Of a stretch of DNA of 35,083 bases, positions 1 through 10,100 are shown in pieces; position 1 is the stretch's first letter; each line of letters opens with the position of its first letter. Below the pieces are notes generated by a model that saw only the letters and a program-made list of their open reading frames with translations, was not told the DNA's origin and did no database searches. The stretch is from Halocafeteria seosinensis (lineage: Eukaryota). The DNA is taken from positions 1 through 35,083 of the forward strand of contig LVLI01000365.1 of assembly GCA_001687465.1 (NCBI GenBank). Reading direction: 5' to 3'. A program made the translations under genes and the position numbers.

Positions 1-598
1 AACCAGTCAAGCGACCGGTACACCTACCCCATCCATTAGTACAACTGGTTCTCCAAGCTCAACGGCGACTGGGACAACAACGGTCACTCCATCTGCTTCC
101 TCTACCGGTGCTGGTACGGGAACTCCATCTTCGACTGGCTCCCCCACAGGAACACCAACCAGTACGTCCTCATCTACGTCGAGTGTCACCGCAACGGGTT
201 CAGCCACGTCGACCGGAACTGCGACGCCATCTTCAACCTCAAGTGGGACCAGTACCGTCACATCGACACCTAGTGGCTCGCCAACGACCACCGCTACACC
301 CAGCACCAGTCCCAGTGGAACAGGAACCAGTCAAGCGACCGTTACACCTACCCCATCCATTAGTACAACTGGTTCTCCAAGCTCAACGGCGACTGGGACA
401 GCAACGGTCACTCCATCTGCTTCCTCTACCGGTGCTGGTACGGGAACTCCATCTTCGACTGGCTCCCCGACAGGAACACCAACCAGTACGTCCTCATCTA
501 CGCCGAGTGCCGCCGCAACGGGTTCAGCCACCTCGACCGGAACTGCGACGTCATCTTCAAGCTCAAGTGGGACCAGTACCGTCACATCGACACCTAGC
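1..598 (+). repeat. 324-bp (108-codon) tandem repeat inside the mucin-like stalk
   Basis: AACCAGTCAAGCGACC starts at 1 and again at 325. The copies 1-274 and 325-598 are near-identical with scattered substitutions. Confidence 0.92.
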
Positions 599-3500
599 AG
601 CACATCTTCGTCCAGTGTTGTGACAGGTTCCCCAACAGGTAGTGCTACTGGCACGTCCAGTATGTCTCCGAGTGGTAGCTCGAGTGCTTCCATAACACCT
701 ACGAATTCTGCGACGCCTTCTTCTACCGGTGAAAGTACGCCCAGCGCTGTTTCCAGCGGAACGCCTACTGCTAGCAAGACAGCTACCGGAACTTCTTCAC
801 CGACCACATCTGGAAGTGGTTCGTCTACTATCTCCGCTACTACCACTCCAGCGATGACGGATGTTCCTTCTGTTTCCCCTTCTGGCACCGGAACAGGAAC
901 GATGTCTGCTTCAAGTTCTCCCTCGTCCACACCTTCGGCTACGCCAAGTTCGTCCGAGAGCATCTCACGGACGCCGACCTCTTCACCGACGTCGTCAGCC
1001 TCGGAGTCAGCCACTGTATCTGGAAGTAGTACAGCGGAGAGGACCACAAGCTCTACGGCTGCTGCTTCTCCATCCACTTCGGCTACGAGTACGTCGTTTG
1101 CCACCGTGTCAGCTTCACCCACCAACACTGAGACTTCTTCCGCTAGCAGCACTTTGACCCCAAGCACGACCGTGTCGCATTCCCCATCATCTACAGCCGA
1201 CCCAAGTGTTTCTTCATCTCCAAGTAGTTCCGCGACGGCAACGGTAACCGGTTCGGGCACATCCTCGCCATCAGAGAGTCGATCCCCCTCGGTGACACCA
1301 ACTGCCACTTTCACGAGTACGTCAACACCAAGCGAATCAGCGTCCGCTACCGGTGACATCACCCCTACACCAACAAGCTCGATGACGCCGTCGTCAAGTA
1401 TTTCTTCCACAACTTCTAGTTCTCCTTCAGAAACCCCTTCGACAACCAGCTCTGTCACTCCCTCAACCTCTGCCACAATCTCAGAAGGTGCTAGCCCTAG
1501 TAACTCCCGAACTAGTACTCCCACTCCGACATCTACACGGACTACAACCCCGTCTAAAACAACCACGGCTACATCTACCAAAACTCCTACGAATAGTGTC
1601 ACAAGTACAATGTCTCAGACTGGCACTTGGACACCTACAAGTACACGCACTGCTACAGCGTCCGGCAGTCCGACAATGACCAACTCGCGAACACCTTCTC
1701 AAACTTCTACCAGCACCGGTACACCGTCGCCAACGAACACCCCCGCACCGGAAGTTGTGGGTCCGACGCGCCTTGACAAGTTTGAGACAGGGTTGACAAT
1801 ATCATTTGATTACCCAACCAACCGCGGTGGTATGTCCGCAGTTTTTAATTGCATCGACTTAGTTTACTCGGATATTGGGGAGAGCAAGGACGTATTTCAG
1901 TCTTGCACATGGACAACACGACGCAAACTGTCAGTGTCTCTACGCAGCAACGACGAGATAAGGAATCTATTTGGACAAGGGATACAAGCAGGGTCGAAGC
2001 TGTTCATTAGAGCAGGAATGATACGTCGAACTCCCGATTCCGCCACTATGCAAGAGACTGAAATTTTAATCAATGGTCCACTCCCCTTGCCCCAAGTAGC
2101 CTTTGAGGTTAGTCACCTCGATATCATCCCATTGTGTGTTGATGCAGTAATTGAGTTGCGTGGTACTATTGGAGGGGGGCGTGGACAGGGAATTATATGG
2201 AGTTGGAAACTCCAGGATCTTGTAGATTCGTCAGGGGAAGATGCGAAGGATGCTGTACGCAACGGCACTCTGGAGCTCTTGCAAGATGCTACCGAGCAAA
2301 ACTCAGAACGCCTCACAATACCAGCGACAGCTCTAGCGCTTGGTCATTCTTACACGATTTTGGTAACGGGTGCAAACGAATATGGATCGAACAAGACCCG
2401 AGAGGTTGCATTTGATGTTCAAAGTGCGCGAAGTCCTAACGTAGTATTTGATAAGAGTCCACAAAGTGGTATTACAAGCTCTTCAGCAGCCCGCTTTTTG
2501 AGTACGGTAACCCTCGAAGTTTGTGATAGTCTTGGAAACGCTTCTGCTGCCGACTCATTCCTGTTTTCCTTTGATTGGACGGTAATGACCCCCACAGGCG
2601 AAGCTATCAACACCACAGACTTCCGTGTGGCTGATCCTCGGAGGCTTGTGATCCCACCCTCTGTACTGCTTCCCTTTGAGAGTCCGTACGAAGTTACTTT
2701 CACGGTTGTTGCGTCGCCCAAAAGCCCTTTAGGGGAAGAGCTAAGTGCAGAGCGGAAGGTGGCTTTTGGGGTTGCACCGAACGAGGTCGTCAGCCGCATC
2801 GCCGGAGGAGACCGAACCATCAGCAGCACTTCCGACCTACTGTTGGATGGAGGTGGTAGTGCAAACAGTGACTCTACCCTAAGTTTACCCACGGGGTGGA
2901 CAATGCAGTTTTCGTTTGATTGGTCGTGTGTCTTCGTAAACATGCCGAATGTTTCATGCGTTGACATTCTCTTAGGTGATGGGCAATTGCGAACGTCCGC
3001 ATCAAGCCTTGTAATCAACTCATCTTACCTAACTCAGGCTCAACAAGCGTTTGATAACCCGGAGGAGCTTCCAATTTCGTTTTCTTTGGAGGTAACCAGC
3101 TTTTTATTCAGGGGAACAAACGATACAGCCCCTTTCACTTCGAAGGATGTTTCTAGCGTGGACATAATACTGCTGCAGGGTGAGGTACCGTCGGTGTCTC
3201 TCGTATCTGTAACACCGAGTACATCGAAAATGAACGTTGGTGACGAAATAGCAATAGAAATGAACATTGACTCAGGGGAAAGAGCCACAATTGGCCGATG
3301 GGAGCTCTTAGAGGGAGAATTTGCTGAAGACAAAACGCTCGAGGACGTGGCACTGACAGACCTAGACGATTCCTTGCTAATCATTGAAGGGGGGAATACA
3401 ATACCAGGTTCAGAGTACCTGTTCAAATTTTCAAGCAACTTTGAAAACAATGCCCTTCAGGGTTTTAGCACAGTTGCTGTGAGCATTAATGACCCACCGA

Positions 3501-5863
3501 GGGGAGGCAAACTGGAAGTACGTGTGCCATCTAACGTGGATACGGTCGTAACGGACGTTACCAAGGTCACCATCTCAGCCCAAAATTGGGTTGATGAAGA
3601 TCTCCCCCTTTTGTACTCTTATTTCATAAGTTTTTCTGGTGATGCTGACGATAGACGAGTACTAAAGCAATCGTCTGAATCACCGACTTTGATAACGAAA
3701 CTACCAACACCATCTGATGAAGAAACAACCGAAGCGCTACTGGTCGTGGATATCAGAGATGCATTTGATGGCGTAACTACGATTGTTACCAGTGTCGAGT
3801 TGGAACAGCCTACTGACGAGGAAAAACTTAGTATCGCCGGGGACCTTTCAGCGGAAGCCGATATCTGTTTGTCGGTGGCTGACTTTGGATGCGCTGCCAA
3901 TGTTATCTCAAGTGGAAGCAGTATCTTGCCCACCGGCGATAGTTCTCGAAGAAGTCTAGAGGATGTTAGTCCAGACGACTTGTATAAAGACTTCCTTGAC
4001 AAGTATGTAGAGGCCGAAGAGGTATTCGTATCAGATTCAGACAATTTGGACACTCTTCAGAATATGGTCATTGGGTTGGTCAGCAAACCAGACTTCGTTA
4101 CTGAGGAGCGAGGGAAGGTGATTGCAGATGTCCTCAGTGAGGCGCTCAGCCTAAATTTTGCAGAAGGGGCGGAAACATTTCAGTACTCAACTTTGCAAGG
4201 TGACCTTATGGTTCGGTCTGTTTCCCAGCTGCTGGTGTCGAATGCTAAGCGCAGCGATGCTGTTAAGCTGCAGGCTTCGAACATTCTGCGCTACACAGGT
4301 CGTTCACTGTTATTTGACCGGATTGCAGGCGCCTCAGCGATTACAAGTGCAGCGTCGTTTAGCGGCCATCCGGCATATTGTGACAAGCTTCAAAACGTTG
4401 CGCTAATATCTCGGAAGCTTGTTTTGGACTCAGACAGCACTGTCACAGCAGAAAATGGGAGAAACGGCGTTGGGATTAGCTTGACTGAATTCCAAAACTG
4501 TGACGGTCCCTTCCAAGATACAGCCGACGAAGTTTTGGATCGTGCTTTAACGAAAGTAACCGCAAACAAGTTTACCGATGCATCCGTTGTAGGAAATGTT
4601 CTGGTCGAAGAGTGGGTAGCTCCAATGTTCATGTCTTCTATCAGCTTGAGGTCTAATGGTAGCGAGGCAGAGCGGCAAGTCCACCAGTTGAGGAAGTTTA
4701 TCAACGACACTCTTGGTCCAGATGGAAATGCATTAGAGCAATCGTCTAGTGGAATCTCTTCAATGAACGCTCGAAGGCGATCTCTGAGGAGTATACGTAG
4801 ATCTTTGGTAAGCCTGGATGACTTAGCTAAGAGTCCGTCAGCTTCACCGTCAGGGGAGGTAACACGCAACATTTCGTCGAAAACCGTCAGGTTACAAGCT
4901 TATAATGATGATGGAGAGGTGCTTTCGGCACCTTCTGGGACAACAATGGAACTTCGACTACCGCTATTCCCGGAGAACTTCTCACTGACCGACGTACTGA
5001 GTGTTCCCAGTATATTAAATGGAGATAGGGAGCTCCCTTCTCAGGAAGTCGAATGTCCTCTCAGCCTGGACGGAAATCCTACGAGTGTTTCAGTCAATTG
5101 CTTTGATGATCTCACTGAGACATACCGGAACGTGACCATAATGTGCAGTACCAGCCGCTCACGCGCTGTCGTCGAGTTCACATGCGGAAGACACTTGCTC
5201 GTGCCGGTGGGGTTACACGCTGATCCGTTTAGTGACCGAGGTTTGTGGTCAGATCAGGGAGTACAGGTGTCCGCATTTGATGGAAGATCGATAGATATAG
5301 TCACTTCCCAATTTGGGGAGTTTACATCAACATTACTCACAGTGGAGACTAGCGATTTTGCTAAGATTGTTTCTGTTGCCCCAACACCTACGCCCACCCC
5401 CACAGTAACACCAACATCGTCTCCTTCCGGATCGCAAACTCCATCTGTTACTGGAACAGGCACCCCTTCCATAACATCTTCGCCTACTGCAACGCAGAGC
5501 CCTTCTGTCAGTGTCACGCCTACTTCGTTAGTCACTCCCAGTGTTTCTCAGACGCAAAGTCAAACACCGACAGTATCGGCTACGTCAAGCCCCAGCGCCA
5601 CATCGAAGAGTACTGGTGCCGACCAAGAATCACTTTCCGATACGGATGGCGATGGTATGAGTAGTGATGAAGTTGCCGTCCTTGTAGCTGCCCTCTTAAC
5701 CGTTGCAGGAATAGGAGCAGCACTCTACATTTTCCGAACGGTGTACAATCGTAAAAAGGACAAACTACGCGAAAGCATTGATGATCCTTCCGATAATCGT
5801 CCATTGAATACAGATGATCTTATCATAGAGGCAGATGAAACAGACGATTTGCGGATGAGATAG
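2..5863 (+). CDS. Mucin-like S/T/P-stalk + REJ (PKD1/REJ-like) domain single-pass membrane protein, 5' partial
   Basis: The frame is open from position 2 (TSQATGTPTPS...) to TAG at 5863, so the ORF-track start at 620 is internal. About 580 aa of S/T/P low complexity, then REJ-type motifs (IAGGDR..LLLDGGGS..FSFDWSC; INDPPRGG..V..NWVDEDLPLLYSYF), a GPS-like segment, a second S/T/P stalk, a TM helix VAVLVAALLTVAGIGAALYIF (~5672-5734) followed by RKK, and a short acidic tail. Confidence 0.85.
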   Translation, partial: TSQATGTPTPSISTTGSPSSTATGTTTVTPSASSTGAGTGTPSSTGSPTGTPTSTSSSTSSVTATGSATSTGTATPSSTSSGTSTVTSTPSGSPTTTATPSTSPSGTGTSQATVTPTPSISTTGSPSSTATGTATVTPSASSTGAGTGTPSSTGSPTGTPTSTSSSTPSAAATGSATSTGTATSSSSSSGTSTVTSTPSSTSSSSVVTGSPTGSATGTSSMSPSGSSSASITPTNSATPSSTGESTPSAVSSGTPTASKTATGTSSPTTSGSGSSTISATTTPAMTDVPSVSPSGTGTGTMSASSSPSSTPSATPSSSESISRTPTSSPTSSASESATVSGSSTAERTTSSTAAASPSTSATSTSFATVSASPTNTETSSASSTLTPSTTVSHSPSSTADPSVSSSPSSSATATVTGSGTSSPSESRSPSVTPTATFTSTSTPSESASATGDITPTPTSSMTPSSSISSTTSSSPSETPSTTSSVTPSTSATISEGASPSNSRTSTPTPTSTRTTTPSKTTTATSTKTPTNSVTSTMSQTGTWTPTSTRTATASGSPTMTNSRTPSQTSTSTGTPSPTNTPAPEVVGPTRLDKFETGLTISFDYPTNRGGMSAVFNCIDLVYSDIGESKDVFQSCTWTTRRKLSVSLRSNDEIRNLFGQGIQAGSKLFIRAGMIRRTPDSATMQETEILINGPLPLPQVAFEVSHLDIIPLCVDAVIELRGTIGGGRGQGIIWSWKLQDLVDSSGEDAKDAVRNGTLELLQDATEQNSERLTIPATALALGHSYTILVTGANEYGSNKTREVAFDVQSARSPNVVFDKSPQSGITSSSAARFLSTVTLEVCDSLGNASAADSFLFSFDWTVMTPTGEAINTTDFRVADPRRLVIPPSVLLPFESPYEVTFTVVASPKSPLGEELSAERKVAFGVAPNEVVSRIAGGDRTISSTSDLLLDGGGSANSDSTLSLPTGWTMQFSFDWSCVFVNMPNVSCVDILLGDGQLRTSASSLVINSSYLTQAQQAFDNPEELPISFSLEVTSFLFRGTNDTAPFTSKDVSSVDIILLQGEVPSVSLVSVTPSTSKMNVGDEIAIEMNIDSGERATIGRWELLEGEFAEDKTLEDVALTDLDDSLLIIEGGNTIPGSEYLFKFSSNFENNALQGFSTVAVSINDPPRGGKLEVRVPSNVDTVVTDVTKVTISAQNWVDEDLPLLYSYFISFSGDADDRRVLKQSSESPTLITKLPTPSDEETTEALLVVDIRDAFDGVTTIVTSVELEQPTDEEKLSIAGDLSAEADICLSVADFGCAANVISSGSSILPTGDSSRRSLEDVSPDDLYKDFLDKYVEAEEVFVSDSDNLDTLQNMVIGLVSKPDFVTEERGKVIADVLSEALSLNFAEGAETFQYSTLQGDLMVRSVSQLLVSNAKRSDAVKLQASNILRYTGRSLLFDRIAGASAITSAASFSGHPAYCDKLQNVALISRKLVLDSDSTVTAENGRNGVGISLTEFQNCDGPFQDTADEVLDRALTKVTANKFTDASVVGNVLVEEWVAPMFMSSISLRSNGSEAERQVHQLRKFINDTLGPDGNALEQSSSGISSMNARRRSLRSIRRSLVSLDDLAKSPSASPSGEVTRNISSKTVRLQAYNDDGEVLSAPSGTTMELRLPLFPENFSLTDVLSVPSILNGDRELPSQEVECPLSLDGNPTSVSVNCFDDLTETYRNVTIMCSTSRSRAVVEFTCGRHLLVPVGLHADPFSDRGLWSDQGVQVSAFDGRSIDIVTSQFGEFTSTLLTVETSDFAKIVSVAPTPTPTPTVTPTSSPSGSQTPSVTGTGTPSITSSPTATQSPSVSVTPTSLVTPSVSQTQSQTPTVSATSSPSATSKSTGADQESLSDTDGDGMSSDEVAVLVAALLTVAGIGAALYIFRTVYNRKKDKLRESIDDPSDNRPLNTDDLIIEADETDDLRMR

Positions 5864-6544
5864 GTTTATGAAGATTACGACAGGAAAGTGCGGTTTATCA
5901 CTCGTCAATAATAGTGCACAAATCGTTCAAGATCTGTATATACATATGTAGTGTGTCACTTACGACGCCTACCAACTGGTCACTTGCAACGTCCATGGTA
6001 CTTTGATAATGACTACGAAGCATCCGAACTGTATAAGCAGTCCGAGAATGCTATATTTCCAGCACGCCCGTATCCACATGCACATGTGCGGCCGGACGCT
6101 GTGGCAACACCGCTGTTGAAAAACTAAACAGTGAACTTTGCAAAGCTAGTAAAAGAGGAAATATAAGCGTTATTGGTAATTTTTGTTCCACAGTAACTAA
6201 CAGGGTTTTTGCGATAGTCTTCATAATGATAAATACCCAAACCAATGGCTTCTTTTAATAAAAAAAAAACTAGCAAAGTTATGGAATTATTTTAATTCTT
6301 CACATGCTTTACATTACCACATTCATTTACTCAATATAAATTCCTCTCAAATCTATCTTACGAGACAAACATATTGGCGATTTCTAAATAAAATTTTTTT
6401 AATCCACCTGGTTAGATGGAAAAATATAGAAGGATTGTAGATGAACTTATAAAAAAAGACTTGGAAGAAAATCCTGCGTTTAATACAGCGAAGTCAGAAT
6501 CGCAAATCGACTCCATACTGGGGAAAGCATCCAAGGCGGGCCAC

Positions 6545-7015
6545 GATAAGGATGCTGAAGTGCAAGGGACAACCAACGAACGTTCATTGAACATTTTGAA
6601 CAGTCACTAGTCATGATGATACTGATCTCTTACACCACTGTAGTAACCATCGTACCAACTGGCCTGGTACACAAGCCCCAGCGGCAGCCGGGTGCTTTCT
6701 TGCAATTCCCTTGAGGAACTTGATTGCGTTTTCCCCGAGCCTCCCGTCGCCTCTAAAAATAATTGCCGTGTGGTGGTCCCTCAGTTGCCCGTATTTTGTC
6801 CGCTTCATCTTCTCCGCTTCTGCCGCGATGGTGAGGGGTCTTCCCGCTGTCCTGGGGTTTGGCACTGTCCTGTCACATCGAGGTACAGGGCAGTGTGCTC
6901 GTTGGGCTCATTGCTACCAGTTCCATTACTGGCCTCGCCTCTCCTTCGTTTCGCGGATCTACGAGCACCTCTCTCTCTCCACTGGCATTTGACTCATACC
7001 GCACACATCCGCATG
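6545..7015 (-). mobile_element. Degenerate 3' fragment of a non-LTR retrotransposon (restriction-like endonuclease, CRE/R2-group-like)
   Basis: Minus-strand translation across frameshifts gives VERE/VLVDPRNEGEARPVMELVA...LYLDVT/VPNP...AAEAEKMKRTKY...IIFRGDGRLGENAIKFLKGIA...RWLSLALQ, matching the RLE pattern (E..RPD..lDVtv..E..K..KY..G.lG..a..fl). A 5-bp duplication CTGTC-CTGTC at 6865-6874 breaks DVTVP. Confidence 0.7.
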
Positions 7016-7191
7016 AGTCAACTGTGCGGTTCTCCTCGAAGCCTTTCGCCAAAATTTAACTGAACGAAAAGATTGTCGTGTTGCGTTAAGTCCATGATTG
7101 CTAAGAGCTGCAGTAATGTCAAGTATCAAAGTGAATTTGTTCGCTCCGATTCATCAGTTAGTGTGTCGATGAGCAGAAGGAGCCTTTCATC

Positions 7192-10100
7192 ATGAGTTCT
7201 GAGCGAGAGGAAGAAGCCGAAAATGGCGTGAATGTACGCCGCGCTGTGGCTCGGGATAGCGAAAATATCGCTATTTTGCTCCAAGGCTACACTCCCCACC
7301 GTTTCAGCGGCCAAGGAACACCACGAAATACGAGTCCTTTACCCTCTTCAGCCACATCACCCACTGGAACGGACGAAAATGACCCAGTTTGGGCGTCGTT
7401 GGACGGGAAAGTGGTTAACGGTCATGGAGGTCGCAACCCCCAAGGGGATCCCATGGATGAACCAGGGGTGAAAACACCATCCCAGACGCCAAATGGTCCA
7501 TCGCGTCCGGCGTCATCGTCTTCGCGAGCGGATTCAGGTGCGAAAAGCCCGAGCACGGGCTCATGGAAGGTCCTGAAGCGACGGTTCCCGTATCTCAGAG
7601 CCCTGGAATCAGCCATTCAGGCGTATAAAATTCATCGATCCCGTGTATTTGATGACCAGAAATATCAACGGCAGCAGTCTGGTAACAGTGACAAGGAGAA
7701 TGCGCGTGATTCCGAAGAGGAGGAGGAACGGGTGGACGGCACCACCCCGGCGGAAGTCTTACGGGTGTTGATTGAAACGTCCCCCGTGGCACTAACGGCA
7801 TTCAATGACAACGGCGAGATAGTTGGGCTTTTAACATGTTCGGATACGCCGCGAAAGTGCATGATTGCTCCTGCAACTAGCTGGCAGCAAATCAGCGACA
7901 ATCTGTATGAGACAGCTCCGACGGACGGCGAATCCAAGGACCAAGAAAGGAAGGACGACGCAGATGATTCTCACCTTCAAAATATTTTACCCGTCCAAGT
8001 AGATGCGGCAAGTGAAGGTAAGCATCACACTGTGCAGGAAGCGGAAGAAATAGTGTCCCTACTTTCGAATCGAACGAAAGGCGTTCTCGGCAACCTTGGG
8101 GTAAGCGCTTAGGCTTGTTGTCCGCCGGAGATATATTAGTATGACTCTATTGCTTTTCCGCGCAGATGAATAATGGACTATATTTGACCTGCCTACTTTC
8201 TTACAATGAGGGAGGGTACGGGGAAGAAGTTTTGGAATCCTGTCTGCGAACCATGTTTAGTGCGATGCCCGAGAGTGATTTCTGTGTATATTTCTGTCCA
8301 CCCTCAGTCGGGTCATTCGCGCCTCTGAGCGAACCGTTCGATACCGTCTCCCTGCAGGCTGAAACAGGAACTAGTGAGAAAAGCTATAGTGCATATTTGT
8401 TGGACAAAATGATGGAGGAGTCTGTACCGTTAGTGACCAGCCGCGAAGACTACGTACCGTCATTGAATGTGCGTATAGCAGCAGTCGAAGACCACGATGA
8501 TATCGCTCCAATATTTGATGCCCAGTCTGATTCTATATCTGCGTCATTCGGCGACTTTTTTTTGGCAGAACTGATAGAAGAACAAAGTGAGGACCACAAG
8601 GTCCTTGCTGGGGCTGTTGAGGGGATCGCGGTGGGACTCATGGCTATTACAAGCGAAATTGACCTTTCCTCGTTGAACAGCTGTTTTGATCTATCTGCTG
8701 TTAATGGCTTATATAAGCGGACATGGGTACAAGATAAGCTAGATCATCTAAAGTATGTTGCGCAACAACGCCTACGCCGGGATTGGGTGGCGATGCTACA
8801 GTCACATAGCGCAGAGGCTTCCAAACTTTTCAATGATATTTGTAAGAAAGCTGAGGATGCAGGAAAATGGACTCTCCCGGACAAGCCTGATAGTTCTGGT
8901 CGGAGAACACTAAACGCAGGTCGTAGTTTCGTTTCATTCGGCGATGCTGATGCGCTTCTCTCTGGAGAAGACGAAAATGATGAGGATCACGCCCTGTTTC
9001 GCCAGCTCATATCGACTCTGGATACGCATGGACAAATTTGGGGATATGAAGGTTCTTTAGGCACCGAGATGGTTGCGCAGCTCGCCGACAATAGACTTTT
9101 AAATTCTCTAATGGGGTCCACCGCGCCGAAGTTTTTCCACGGATCAGGAGAGTTTATGTCCTTCTTGTTACATGCAATGAGAGATTCAGATATTGCCGTC
9201 AGCCGACAAACCGTAAATAAGGTAGTGTCTGTTTTAGTGGGTAGCCGAGAACGTCGAAAGAGGCGAAGGCGAATTGTGGAAACTTGTAGTGGAGTACCCT
9301 TCGATATGTCTACTTTACAAGATGCCGTACAAGCAGACATTCAGGAGTTGCAAAAGCAGATTTGTGAGCAGCGCAAGGACTCTGCTAGACGAGAACTTGA
9401 GTCACTCCAAACTCAGCAACAAAGAAGGACGGGCGATTCCACTCGTCGAGAAGAAAACGAAACAGGAGAGGGAAAGGAAGAGGCGGACGGAGAGCAAGAG
9501 GAAGAGCAAGAGGAGGGAAAAGTTGAAAACGTGGATGAGGATCTACTAGATGACATTGCTGCTACTGGGGAGGAAGCAGAACAACAGAAACATCGAGAAG
9601 CACTTGACGCCGAACTAAAGCTTTCTCCTGAAGACATCTGGGTACCGCTAGAAGATGTGGGAGAACTCATCACGAACAGGCTGTTTGAATACGTCAAAGA
9701 GGCTGATGTTGATACCTACGTTTGCTTAAGCTCGCTGTCGGCGTTTGGCGACGACGTTTTGCGAGAGATGGGTGTGTTTCTTCACCATAATGGTTGGCAA
9801 GGAGTCAACGAAGCCAAAATGAGTGCGAACCAAACGACACGGGAGGAAGATCGGGAGGATGAAAGTAGTGATGAAGACAGTGCGGGAGAAGAAGAGCAGG
9901 GGGGCGAAAACCAAGGCACGCAAAACACCACGACAAAGGTTCCTCCACTCCTATTTAAGAGTAAGAGTATTAGGACCATCAATTCGCTGTTCTTTTCGGC
10001 TCTGAAGTACAATCCGGATGCATCCGTTATTGAAGGATGCTTCACGGATGTCAACCAATTTGTCGAAGGTTGGAATCGTGTTCTTCTGAGTCTAGATATG

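Noticed and set aside
7..1602. Long minus-strand V/E/D/G-rich ORFs (7-306, 331-1602; also 5254-5535, 34497-34775) and the +108-623 ORF
   Set aside because: These are antisense or alternate-frame shadows of S/T/P-rich coding sequence, whose codons rarely produce stops on the opposite strand.
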